From the NCBI GenBank assembly GCA_037439645.1, contig JBBIVQ010000005.1:10368-74367 (forward strand): 64,000 bases of DNA, given 5' to 3'. How positions within the stretch are numbered: the first letter of the stretch is position 1; each line of letters starts with the position of its first letter. Below the pieces are notes generated by a model. It searched no databases and was not told where the DNA came from. It was given only the letters and a program-made list of their open reading frames with translations. A program made the translations under genes and the position numbers. Shown here piece after piece: positions 10,047 to 19,244 of this stretch. This DNA comes from Deltaproteobacteria bacterium (lineage in GTDB: Bacteria; Desulfobacterota; Deferrimicrobia; Deferrimicrobiales; Deferrimicrobiaceae).

Positions 10047-10087
10047 TTGACGGCGAGCTGTAATCATGACTAATTTAGTAATGTATG
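10047..10087 (+). promoter_or_regulatory. Putative sufB promoter (TTGACG -35) overlapping an AT-rich Fur-box-like element (TAATCATGACTAATTTAGTAATG)
   Basis: This AT-rich patch sits in a GC-rich genome about 25-60 nt upstream of sufB. The TAATCAT motif resembles Fur-box half-sites. Confidence 0.35.
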
Positions 10088-10109
10088 CCTCGAGGGGAAC
10101 GGAGCGACC

Positions 10110-11558
10110 ATGGAAGACGCCGCGGGCCAGGTCAAAGGGTGGGTGGAACGGGAGTACCGCTGGGGGTTCGTCTCGGAGGTCGAGGCGGACACCGTCCCCA
10201 AGGGACTCAGCGAGGAGATCATCCGGGAGATCTCCGCGCGGAAGCAGGAGCCCGAATTCCTCCTCGAACGCCGCCTCAAGGCGTATCGCCACTGGCTTAC
10301 CATGGTCGAGCCGAAATGGTCCACGGTCTGCTATCACCCCATCGATTTCCAGGAGATCGCCTATTACTCGGCCCCGCGGGGGATGAAAGGGCGACCGAAA
10401 AACCTGGGCGAGGTGGACCCGGAGCTGCTTCGGACGTATGAGCGCCTGGGGATCCCTCTGCGGGAGCAGGAGGTCCTCGCGGGGGTCGCCGTGGATGCCG
10501 TCTTCGACAGCGTCTCCGTGGCCACGACGTACCAGGCGGAGCTGGCGAAGGTGGGGATCCTGTTCTGCTCCTTCTCCGAGGCGGTGCGGAAGTACCCCCG
10601 CCTCGTGGAGCGATACCTCGGGACCGTCGTCCCGTACAACGACAACTTCTTCGCCTCCCTCAACTCGGCCGTCTTCACCGACGGTTCGTTCTGCTACGTT
10701 CCGCCGGGGACGCGGTGCCCGGTGGAGCTGTCGACGTATTTCCGGATAAACGCGGAGAACACGGGACAGTTCGAGCGGACCCTCGTCATCGCGGACGCGG
10801 GCTCCTACGTGAGCTACCTCGAGGGGTGCACCGCGCCGCGCCGCGACACGAACCAGCTCCACGCGGCGGTGGTCGAACTGATCGCCCTCGATGATGCCGA
10901 GATCCGGTACGCCACGGTCCAGAACTGGTACCCGGGCGACAAGGAGGGGAAAGGCGGGATCTACAATTTCGTGACGAAACGGGGATTGTGCGCCGGGAAC
11001 AACTCCCGGATCTCCTGGACGCAGGTGGAGACCGGCTCGGCGATCACGTGGAAATATCCGAGCGTCATCCTCAAGGGGGACAACGCGGTCGGCCAATTCC
11101 ATGGGGTTGCGCTCACGAACAACTTCCAGCAGGCCGACACCGGCACGAAGATGACGCACATCGGGAAGAACACCCGGAGCACGATCGTGAACAAGGGGAT
11201 CTCCGCGGGCCGGGGGCAGAACACGTACCGGGGGCTGGTGAAGGTCCTCAAGACGGCGGAGAACGCACGCAACTTCACCCAGTGCGACTCGCTCCTCCTC
11301 GGGGACCGGTGCGGGGCGCACACGTTTCCGTACATCGAGGTGAAGAACCCGACCGCCCGGGTGGAGCACGAGGCGTCGACGTCGAAGATCGGGGAAGATC
11401 AGCTCTTCTATTGCCGGCAGCGCGGCCTTTCCCGGGAGGACGCGGTTTCGATGATCGTCAACGGATTCTGCCGCGAGGTGATCCGGAACCTTCCCATGGA
11501 GTTCGCGGTGGAGGCTCAAAAACTTCTCGAAATCAGCCTCGAAGGGAGCGTCGGATGA
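10110..11558 (+). CDS. sufB: Fe-S cluster assembly protein SufB
   Basis: The 482-aa protein carries the characteristic SufB sequence throughout, including the C-terminal [29 protein letters not shown]. Confidence 0.95.
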   Translation: MEDAAGQVKGWVEREYRWGFVSEVEADTVPKGLSEEIIREISARKQEPEFLLERRLKAYRHWLTMVEPKWSTVCYHPIDFQEIAYYSAPRGMKGRPKNLGEVDPELLRTYERLGIPLREQEVLAGVAVDAVFDSVSVATTYQAELAKVGILFCSFSEAVRKYPRLVERYLGTVVPYNDNFFASLNSAVFTDGSFCYVPPGTRCPVELSTYFRINAENTGQFERTLVIADAGSYVSYLEGCTAPRRDTNQLHAAVVELIALDDAEIRYATVQNWYPGDKEGKGGIYNFVTKRGLCAGNNSRISWTQVETGSAITWKYPSVILKGDNAVGQFHGVALTNNFQQADTGTKMTHIGKNTRSTIVNKGISAGRGQNTYRGLVKVLKTAENARNFTQCDSLLLGDRCGAHTFPYIEVKNPTARVEHEASTSKIGEDQLFYCRQRGLSREDAVSMIVNGFCREVIRNLPMEFAVEAQKLLEISLEGSVG

Positions 11559-11572
11559 GGAACGGGAACCCC

Positions 11573-12346
11573 ATGCTGTCCATCGAAGGCCTGCACGCCG
11601 CGATCGGGGAGAAGGCGATCCTGCGCGGGGTGGACCTCGAAGTCCACGCGGGAGAAGTCCACGCCGTCATGGGCCCGAACGGATCGGGAAAGAGCACGCT
11701 GGCCAACGTCGTCGCGGGGCGCGAGGAGTACCGGGTGACGGCCGGTTCGATCCGTTACCAAGGGGTGGATCTCCTCGCGATGCCCCCGGAGGAGCGGGCA
11801 AGGGAAGGGATCTTCCTCGCCTTCCAGAACCCCGTGGAGATTCCCGGGGTGAGCAACCTCTACTTCCTGAAAGCGGCTTTGAACGCGGTGAGAAAGCACA
11901 GGGGGCTCCAGGAGCTCGACGTCGTGGAGTTCCGCGAGACGGTCCTCGATCGGCTTCACCGGGTCGGGATGGACGAAGACCTGTTGCGGCGGTCGGTGAA
12001 CGACGGGTTTTCGGGGGGGGAGAAGAAGCGGAACGAGATCCTTCAGCTGACGGTGCTCGATCCGAAGCTCGCGATCCTCGACGAGACGGACTCGGGCCTG
12101 GACATCGACGCACTGAAGGTCGTCGCCGCCGGCGTGAACGCCTCCCGCGATCCGGAACGGGCGATCGTCGTCGTGACCCATTACCAGCGGTTGCTGAACT
12201 ACATCGTGCCCGATTTCGTGCACGTCCTCGTCGAGGGAAGGATCGTGCGGTCCGGCGGCAGGGACCTTGCGTTCGAGCTCGAGGAGCGCGGGTACGGTTG
12301 GGTTCAACCGACGGCCGCCGGGAGCGGGGGGGAGGCACGCCCGTGA
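11573..12346 (+). CDS. sufC: Fe-S cluster assembly ATPase SufC
   Basis: MLSIEGLHAAIGEKAILRGVDLEVHAGEVHAVMGPNGSGKST matches the SufC N-terminus. A GAGGA Shine-Dalgarno precedes the ATG at 11573. An alternative ATG at 11555 would overlap the sufB stop (ATGA). Confidence 0.92.
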   Translation: MLSIEGLHAAIGEKAILRGVDLEVHAGEVHAVMGPNGSGKSTLANVVAGREEYRVTAGSIRYQGVDLLAMPPEERAREGIFLAFQNPVEIPGVSNLYFLKAALNAVRKHRGLQELDVVEFRETVLDRLHRVGMDEDLLRRSVNDGFSGGEKKRNEILQLTVLDPKLAILDETDSGLDIDALKVVAAGVNASRDPERAIVVVTHYQRLLNYIVPDFVHVLVEGRIVRSGGRDLAFELEERGYGWVQPTAAGSGGEARP

Positions 12347-13680
12347 CCTTGCCCGCCGGAGCGAAGGACCGTTACCTCGCTGCGTTCGAACGGGCGGCGG
12401 ACGGGAAGGGAAGGCCCGCCTGGTTGCGACGTCTCCGGGGGGAGGCGAAGGACCGGTTCCTGTCGTCCGGTTTCCCGGGCGTGAAGGACGAGGATTGGAA
12501 ATACACGAGCGTGGCGGAGATCGAAGAACGGGAATTCGATATCGCGCCGCGCGGCGGCCGGCTGACCGCGTCGGATGTCGCGGCGTTTCTCCCGGCGGAT
12601 GCGTCCGGGAACGTCCTCGTGTTCGAGAACGGCCGATATCGGCCGGACCTTTCCGTGCGGCGGTCCCTCCCCCACGGTGCGCATCTCGGGGGGATGTCCG
12701 AAGCGCTGTCCGGCGGGGGAGACGGGCTCGTCCCGTACTTTCCCCGGACCCCCACGGACCCCTTCGGCGACCTGAACACGATGCTGATGGAGGACGGCGC
12801 GTTCCTGCACGTCGGGAAGAGGGTGGAGATCCCGGAGCCGATCCATCTCCTGTTCCTCACCCTCGGATCCGAACGACCGTTCATGGTGCACCCCCGGAAC
12901 GTCATCGTCGCGGGAGAAGGCTCCCGGGTGACGGTCGTCGAGCGATACGCCGCGGTTGCAGATGCCGGGTGCCTCGTGAACACCGTGACCGGCATCGATG
13001 CCGCCGACGGCGCCACCGTGGTCCACTACCGGCTCCAGGAGGAAGGGAGCGACGCGTACCACGTGGCGTCGCTGCGCGCCCGGCAGGGAACGGGTAGCCG
13101 CTTCGCCGCCCATTCCGTCGCCCTCGGGGCGCGCATCTCCCGGAGCGGCGTCCACGTCCTGCTCGACGGCGAGGGCGCGGCGTGCCTGCTCAACGGGCTC
13201 TATATGGGGAACGGGGAGCGGCACGTCGACCATTTCACGACGATCGACCACGCGAAACCGGAAGGGACGAGCCGGGAATATTACCGCGGCATCCTCGACG
13301 ACCGATCCCGCGGCGTGTTTCGCGGACGGGTGATCGTGAGGAAAGACGCGCAGAAGACGGACGCCCGCCAGGCGAACCGGAACCTGCTGCTGTCGAGGGA
13401 GGCCGAGGCGGACAGCCGCCCGCAGCTCGAGATCCACGCCGACGACGTGAAGTGCACCCACGGCGCCACGGTGGGTCCGCTCGACGAAGAGAAGGTCTTC
13501 TACATGCGGTCGCGGGGGATCGACGAATCTTCGGCGCGGGGCCTGCTCGCCTGCGCGTTCGCCGGCGATATTCTCCGTAGATTCGATCTTCCCGGCGTCC
13601 GTCGGACCTTCGAGGAGAAGGTGCTCGCCCGGCTGCCCGAGGCGGACCGGATCCGGGGGTTCTTCCATGACCAGGGTTAG
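12298..13680 (+). CDS. sufD: Fe-S cluster assembly protein SufD
   Basis: SufD-like beta-helix protein. An alternative GTG start at 12343 would overlap the sufC stop (GTGA). Confidence 0.85.
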   Translation: MGSTDGRRERGGGTPVTLPAGAKDRYLAAFERAADGKGRPAWLRRLRGEAKDRFLSSGFPGVKDEDWKYTSVAEIEEREFDIAPRGGRLTASDVAAFLPADASGNVLVFENGRYRPDLSVRRSLPHGAHLGGMSEALSGGGDGLVPYFPRTPTDPFGDLNTMLMEDGAFLHVGKRVEIPEPIHLLFLTLGSERPFMVHPRNVIVAGEGSRVTVVERYAAVADAGCLVNTVTGIDAADGATVVHYRLQEEGSDAYHVASLRARQGTGSRFAAHSVALGARISRSGVHVLLDGEGAACLLNGLYMGNGERHVDHFTTIDHAKPEGTSREYYRGILDDRSRGVFRGRVIVRKDAQKTDARQANRNLLLSREAEADSRPQLEIHADDVKCTHGATVGPLDEEKVFYMRSRGIDESSARGLLACAFAGDILRRFDLPGVRRTFEEKVLARLPEADRIRGFFHDQG

Positions 13681-14929
13681 CGTTCTCCGGGAAGAACCGG
13701 CGATCCCGGGCGTATTCGACGTGTCGCGGGTGCGGGATGATTTCCCGATCCTGTCGAGAAGGGTCCACGGGAAGCCGTTGGTCTATCTCGACAACGCCGC
13801 CACCACGCAGAAGCCCCGGGAGGTGATCGCGGCGATCCGCAGGTACTACGCAACCGCGAACGCCAACGTGCACCGCGGCGTCCACGCGCTCTCCGAACGG
13901 GCCACGCAGGCGTACGAGGATGCGCGGGCGAGGGTGGCGCGGTTCCTGAACGCCGGCGAGGTCCGGGAAATCGTTTTCGTACGGGGGGCGACCGAGGCGG
14001 TCAACCTGGTGGCGCAAACGTACGGGCGCGTCCACCTCCACGAGGGGGACGAGGTCCTCATCACGGGAATGGAGCACCATGCCAACATCGTTCCCTGGCA
14101 GATGGCGTGCGAACGGGCGGGAGCGCGGCTCAAGGTCGCGCCCATCCTCGAATCGGGGGAACTCGATCTCGCGGCGTACGAACGGATGCTCTCCCCACGG
14201 ACGCAGGTGGTCGCCGCGGCCCACGTGTCGAACGCGCTCGGAACGGTGAACCCGGTCGGCGAAATGGTCCGGATGGCGCACGCGCGGGGCATCCCCGTCC
14301 TTGTGGACGGGGCCCAGGCGGTTCCCCACCTCCCCGTGGACGTCCGCGCCCTCGGCTGCGACTTCTACGTTTTTTCCGGGCACAAGGTGTACGGCCCGAC
14401 CGGGATCGGCGTCCTCTACGGGAAGGCGGAACATCTCGACGGGATGCCGCCGTACCAGGGCGGGGGGGACATGATCCTGCGCGTCACCTTCGAAAAGACC
14501 ACCTACAATGCGATCCCGTGGAAGTTCGAGGCCGGCACTCCCGACATCGCAGGCGCGGTCGGGTTGCGCGCCGCCATCGACTACATCGACGCGATCGGGC
14601 TCGCGTCGATATCGGCGCACGAAAGGGAACTGCTCGCGTACGCGGCGGAAGAGGTGGGCAGGATCCCGGGGGTGCGCATCGTGGGGACCGCGGAGGAGAA
14701 AGCGGCAATCCTTTCGTTCGTCGTCGACGGCGTGCACCCCCATGACATCGGAACGATCCTCGATCGCGAAGGGGTCGCCATCCGGACCGGGCACCATTGC
14801 GCCATGCCGCTCATGGACCGTCTCGGGCTGCCGGCGACCGCCCGCGCCTCGTTCGGCCTCTACAATACGGCGGCCGAGGCGGACACCCTCTCCGCCGGGA
14901 TCCGGAAGGCGCGCGAGGTCTTCCGGTGA
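13667..14929 (+). CDS. sufS: Cysteine desulfurase SufS (class V aminotransferase, PLP-dependent)
   Basis: The PLP-lysine context SGHKVYGPTGIGVLYGK and the active-site cysteine region RTGHHCAMPLM are both present. Confidence 0.93.
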   Translation: MTRVSVLREEPAIPGVFDVSRVRDDFPILSRRVHGKPLVYLDNAATTQKPREVIAAIRRYYATANANVHRGVHALSERATQAYEDARARVARFLNAGEVREIVFVRGATEAVNLVAQTYGRVHLHEGDEVLITGMEHHANIVPWQMACERAGARLKVAPILESGELDLAAYERMLSPRTQVVAAAHVSNALGTVNPVGEMVRMAHARGIPVLVDGAQAVPHLPVDVRALGCDFYVFSGHKVYGPTGIGVLYGKAEHLDGMPPYQGGGDMILRVTFEKTTYNAIPWKFEAGTPDIAGAVGLRAAIDYIDAIGLASISAHERELLAYAAEEVGRIPGVRIVGTAEEKAAILSFVVDGVHPHDIGTILDREGVAIRTGHHCAMPLMDRLGLPATARASFGLYNTAAEADTLSAGIRKAREVFR

Positions 14930-15375
14930 CATCCGACATCCAATCCCTTTACCGGGAGATCATCGTCGATCACAACCGGCGCCCGAGGAACTTCCGCGAG
15001 ATCCCCGACGCCGACCGGACAGCGAACGGCGACAACCCGCTCTGCGGGGATCGGCTGACCGTGTACGTGAACGTGCGGGAGGGCGTGATCCGGGAGATCG
15101 GGTTCGTGGGGAACGGTTGCGCGATCTCCACGGCCTCCGCATCCCTCATGACGGAGGCGCTTCTCGGCAAGACCGAGCAGGAGGCGGACGACCTGTTCGA
15201 GAGATTCCACGAACTGGTCGCCGGGACCGGACACGGGGCGCGCGGATCCCTCGGGAAACTGCAAGCGTTCGCCGGGGTTCGCGAATTCCCCGTGCGCGTA
15301 AAATGCGCAACGCTCCCATGGCACACGGTTCGGACCGCGTTGAACACGCCGGGCCGTACCGCCTCGACGGAGTGA
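14926..15375 (+). CDS. sufU: SUF-system NifU-family Fe-S assembly scaffold SufU
   Basis: GTG start overlaps the sufS stop (GTGA). SLYREIIVDHNRRPRNF...NPLCGD...GNGCAIS matches SufU. The longer ORF 14797..15375 was rejected as an N-terminal extension. Confidence 0.85.
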   Translation: MTSDIQSLYREIIVDHNRRPRNFREIPDADRTANGDNPLCGDRLTVYVNVREGVIREIGFVGNGCAISTASASLMTEALLGKTEQEADDLFERFHELVAGTGHGARGSLGKLQAFAGVREFPVRVKCATLPWHTVRTALNTPGRTASTE

Positions 15376-15395
15376 CCCGGACTCTCCGCACGCCT

Positions 15396-15869
15396 CTACT
15401 TTTTCTTCCGCTCCCGCCGGGCGATCGCCCTCCGACCGGCCTCGAGGTTTCTGCGGCGGTCCTCGTCGGTCTCCAGCAGCAGCCTCGGCACCTCGGCCGG
15501 CCTTCCCTCGTCGTCCAGCGCGACCATCAGGAAATAGGAGGAATTCGTATGGGTCTTCTTCCCCGTCCGCGGTTCCTCCGCCTCGACGCGGACCCCGACC
15601 TCCATCGAGGTGCGCCCCACGTAATTCACGGAAGCGTGAAACGTGACGAGGTTGCCGATGAAGACGGGGGCGTGGAACTCGAAATGATCCACGGCGGCGG
15701 TGACGCAGTTTCTCCCGGAGTGCCGGATGGCCACGACGCCGGCGGCGGAATCCGCCAGTTTCATGATGTTTCCCCCGTGGACGTTCCCCGCGGGGTTCGC
15801 GTCCTGGGGCGTCATCTCCTGCGCCATCACCAGCCGGGTCGCCGACACCGGCTTCGCGTCCGCGGACAT
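15396..15869 (-). CDS. Acyl-CoA thioesterase (hotdog fold, YciA-like)
   Basis: LVMAQEMTPQDANPAGNVHGGNIMKLADSAAGV is a hotdog thioesterase motif. Confidence 0.8.
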   Translation of the reverse strand: MSADAKPVSATRLVMAQEMTPQDANPAGNVHGGNIMKLADSAAGVVAIRHSGRNCVTAAVDHFEFHAPVFIGNLVTFHASVNYVGRTSMEVGVRVEAEEPRTGKKTHTNSSYFLMVALDDEGRPAEVPRLLLETDEDRRRNLEAGRRAIARRERKKK

Positions 15870-15983
15870 CGCGTCCTCCTATTCGAGGGATGGTATCCCT
15901 ATGGATTGTACCCGGAAACGATATGGTCCCGGATGCCGTCCCCCACTTTATTCCGCGGGCAGATACGGGTATCATTCGAACCA

Positions 15984-18149
15984 ATGTCCACGCTGAAACG
16001 GGAATTCCCCGTCCGCATCGCCATCTACGCCCTCATTGTGCTGTCCTTCGCCAACCTCAATGCGATCGTCGACATGGTGCTCCACCCGGAGATTCCGTAT
16101 TTCGATGAGGAACATCTGCTCGTAGGCGGGATCGCCGCCGTCGCGTTGGCCTCCGTTCTCGGCGTGCTCGAAACGTACCTGGCCCGGCGAAGGAAGTCCG
16201 AAGCGAACGTCCGGGAGAGCGAGGAACGGTACCGAACCCTGTTCCAAACGTCCAGCGACGGGATATTTCTTCTCTCCTTCGACGGGCAACTTCTCGACGT
16301 GAACGATTCGTACGCCCGGATGCACGGATACCGGGCGGAAGAGATGGTCGGGATGAATTTGCGGGATTTCGACACGGCCCGGACCACGCAAATGGTCCCT
16401 GACCGGATGAGGCGGATCCTGACGGGGGAGTCGTTGATCTTCGAAGTGGAACACCACCACAGGGACGGGCACGTGTTCCCGCTCGAGGTGTCCGCGCACA
16501 AGGTCACTTTCGGTGGGAAATCCTGCATCCAGTCCATTCACCGCGACATCACCGGCCGCAAGCGGATCGAAAAGGAGTTGGAGGAGAGCCGGGGACGGCT
16601 GATCGAGGCGCAAAAAGTCGCGCACCTCGGTTACTACGCCCTGGATGTGGCGTCGGGGATCTGGACCAGCTCGGAGATCCTCGACGTCGTGTTCGGCATC
16701 GGTCCCGATTACCGGAGGGACGTCGATGGATGGGCGCTGCTCGTTCACCCGGAAGATCGCCGGGGGATGGTGGAGTACTTCCGCAACGAGGTCCTCTCGG
16801 AAAAGGGGTCGTTCGATCGCGAGTACCGGATCGTCAGGAAATCGGACAACTGCGTCCGGTGGGTCCACGGATTGGGCAAGGTGGAGCGCGACTCCGCAGG
16901 CCGTCCCGTCCGGATGCACGGGACGATCCAGGACGTCACGGAGCGGAAGCGGGCGGAGACGGAGAAACTGGACCTGGAGCTGCAGATCCAGCAGGCGCAG
17001 AAACTCGAAAGCCTCGGCGTGCTCGCCGGGGGGATCGCCCACGATTTCAATAACCTCCTGATGGTCGTGCTGGGACACTCCGACCTGGCCTTGAAGGAGA
17101 TCTCCCCGATGTCGGCCGCCCGGGGGAGCATCACCGAGATTTCGACCGCGGCGCACCGCGCCGCCGACCTGTGCCGGCAGATGCTTGCGTACGCGGGCAA
17201 GTCCTCGTTCGCCCTGGAGCGGACGGACTTGAGGGAACTGGTCGATGAGATGGCGCACCTGCTCAAGACCGCGATCTCGAAGAAGGTGATCCTCAACCTG
17301 AACCTCGAACGGGGGCTGCCTCCCATCCAGGCGGACCCGAGCCAGCTGCGGCAGGTCGCGATGAACCTGATCCTCAACGCGTCGGAGGCGATCGGGGACC
17401 GGAGCGGGGCGATCACCGTGGCGGTAGGCGCCACGCGATGCGACGAGGAGTACCTTCGGAAAACGGAGTTGAAGGAGGACCTGGCCCCGGGTCTGTACGT
17501 GCACCTGGAAGTGACGGACACCGGGATCGGAATGGACGCGAAGACCCGGTCGCGGATCTTCGAGCCGTTTTTCACCACGAAGTTCACGGGCCGCGGGCTT
17601 GGACTGGCCGCCGTGCTCGGGATCGTCCGCGCGCACAAGGGGGCGTTGAAGGTGTACAGCGAACCCGGCAAGGGAACGACGTTCAAGATCCTCTTCCCGG
17701 CCCGGCCCGAGGGAAGCGAAGCCGACACGCAGGCCGGGGGCTCCCCTCCGGTCGATTGGCGCGGGAAAGGGACGATCCTGCTGGTGGACGACGAGGAAAG
17801 CCTGATCGCACTGGGCGCGAGAATGCTGGAAGCCCTCGGGTTCACCGTGCTGACGGCGCCGGACGGTGCGCGGGCGGTGGAGCTCTACCGCGCGCGGGGA
17901 AAAGAGATCGACCTCGTCCTGATGGACCTGACGATGCCGCACATGGACGGCGCGGAAGCGTTCGGGGAACTGCGTCGGCTGAACCCCGACGTCCGTGTCG
18001 TCCTCGCCAGCGGGTACAGCCACGAGGACATCGCGGCGCGATTCGCGGGGAAGGGCCTTTCCGGGGTATTGCAGAAGCCGTACACCCTTGCGAAATTGCG
18101 GGAGTCCCTTTCCGTGCTCACGGCGGAAGGTTCCGGCGGGAAAAGGTGA
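15984..18149 (+). CDS. Hybrid sensor histidine kinase (two N-terminal TM helices, two PAS domains, HisKA, HATPase_c, C-terminal receiver domain)
   Basis: Contains the PAS motif ERYRTLFQTSSDGIFLL, the H-box GGIAHDFNNLL, the G-boxes DTGIGM and GLGLAAV, and a receiver domain (LLVDDE...LMDLTMP). ATG at 15984 lies inside the long ORF 14508..18149, whose upstream part was rejected. Confidence 0.9.
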   Translation: MSTLKREFPVRIAIYALIVLSFANLNAIVDMVLHPEIPYFDEEHLLVGGIAAVALASVLGVLETYLARRRKSEANVRESEERYRTLFQTSSDGIFLLSFDGQLLDVNDSYARMHGYRAEEMVGMNLRDFDTARTTQMVPDRMRRILTGESLIFEVEHHHRDGHVFPLEVSAHKVTFGGKSCIQSIHRDITGRKRIEKELEESRGRLIEAQKVAHLGYYALDVASGIWTSSEILDVVFGIGPDYRRDVDGWALLVHPEDRRGMVEYFRNEVLSEKGSFDREYRIVRKSDNCVRWVHGLGKVERDSAGRPVRMHGTIQDVTERKRAETEKLDLELQIQQAQKLESLGVLAGGIAHDFNNLLMVVLGHSDLALKEISPMSAARGSITEISTAAHRAADLCRQMLAYAGKSSFALERTDLRELVDEMAHLLKTAISKKVILNLNLERGLPPIQADPSQLRQVAMNLILNASEAIGDRSGAITVAVGATRCDEEYLRKTELKEDLAPGLYVHLEVTDTGIGMDAKTRSRIFEPFFTTKFTGRGLGLAAVLGIVRAHKGALKVYSEPGKGTTFKILFPARPEGSEADTQAGGSPPVDWRGKGTILLVDDEESLIALGARMLEALGFTVLTAPDGARAVELYRARGKEIDLVLMDLTMPHMDGAEAFGELRRLNPDVRVVLASGYSHEDIAARFAGKGLSGVLQKPYTLAKLRESLSVLTAEGSGGKR

Positions 18150-18154
18150 CGCCT

Positions 18155-18168
18155 CCGCCGGACGGCGG
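18155..18168. terminator. Short GC hairpin between convergent genes (possible bidirectional terminator)
   Basis: ccgcc-ggac-ggcgg lies between the histidine kinase stop and the VIT transporter stop. Confidence 0.3.
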
Positions 18169-18186
18169 GGGGTGTCCCGTGGTCGT

Positions 18187-18882
18187 CTACCCGATCCATC
18201 GCGCGATGCCGAATGCGGCGGTCGCGGCGATGCCCCCGATCCCGACGGTCTGTAGCCCGCCGATCAGCGGCCGGATCCCCGTGAGCCGCCCCTTGACGGC
18301 TCCGAACACGAAGAGGGCGAGCAGCGTGACCGCCGCGGAGATCGCAAGGCCCATGAGCACGTTGTCCGTCGTCATGTACGGTGCCAGGGGCACCAGTCCA
18401 CCGACGACGTAGGACAAGCCGATCGTCAAGGCGCTCCTCACGGCCCTTTTCGGATCGGGCAATTCGAGTCCCAGCTCGTATCGCATCATGAAATCCACCC
18501 AGCGGTCGGGGTCGGCGCAGATGGCGGAGACCACCGGGGCGGCCTGCTCGTCTTCCAGGCCGTAACCGCGGAAGACGGTGGCGACCTCCAGCCTCTCGGC
18601 GGCCGGCATCTCCCGGATTTCCCGGAACTCCCGCGCGCGTTCGGAGGCGTAGTGCTCCCGGTCCGTCCGTGCCGCCAGGTATCCCCCCAGCCCCATCGCG
18701 ATCGAACCCGCGGCGATTTCGGCCAATCCGGCGACCACGATCACGCCGGTGGAACTCACGGCCCCCGACAATCCGGCCGCCAGCGCGAACGGAACGGTCA
18801 GCCCGTCCGCCATCCCGATGACGATGTCGCGAACGGACGCCGATGAAGTGAAGTGATTCTCCGCGTGGATGGTGCCCCGCAT
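18187..18882 (-). CDS. VIT1/CCC1-family iron/manganese transporter
   Basis: ENHFTSSASVRDIVIGMADGLTVPFALAAGLSG is the VIT-family signature. Start was chosen at the internal M (MRGTIHAENHF), so the longer ORF to 19050 was trimmed. Confidence 0.8.
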   Translation of the reverse strand: MRGTIHAENHFTSSASVRDIVIGMADGLTVPFALAAGLSGAVSSTGVIVVAGLAEIAAGSIAMGLGGYLAARTDREHYASERAREFREIREMPAAERLEVATVFRGYGLEDEQAAPVVSAICADPDRWVDFMMRYELGLELPDPKRAVRSALTIGLSYVVGGLVPLAPYMTTDNVLMGLAISAAVTLLALFVFGAVKGRLTGIRPLIGGLQTVGIGGIAATAAFGIARWIG

Positions 18883-19244
18883 GGTCACACCTTCCCTTCC
18901 CCCATCCGCCACCCGACGATCCGTGCCGCCGCGACGACCGCCCCGAACGCGTGGACGGTGACCGGGCCGAACAGGTGGAGCTCGGGTTGCGGGAAATACG
19001 GGATCATATCCTCTCCTGCATTGGACGGGTTCAAGCCGGGGAAGGTTCAACGCATGCGAGGATCTCTCCTCCCGCCGCGGAATCTAATATAGATTGAATA
19101 CACCTGCCGCTTGAAGGAAAACGGATAGATGCGATGAGATCGCCAATCAAGGAGTGGACGGGCTTCGCCCGAAGGAACCGTGGCGCGGCCCGCGGGGGTG
19201 GAACGTCGTTGAGGAAGGTGGAGGGAAACCCCGGTGACTTCGGG

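Noticed and set aside
9951-11519. 522-aa minus-strand ORF antisense to sufB
   Set aside because: SufB identity of the plus strand is unambiguous. The antisense translation is low-complexity.
13235-14932. 565-aa minus-strand ORF antisense to sufS
   Set aside because: Same reasoning: the SufS PLP-enzyme motifs are on the plus strand.
14508-15983. N-terminal 490-codon extension of the histidine kinase ORF (and overlapping ORF 14860..15984 on the minus strand)
   Set aside because: The extension runs through sufS and sufU in another frame and through the opposite-strand thioesterase. Kinase-like sequence (TM helices, PAS) starts only at the ATG at 15984.
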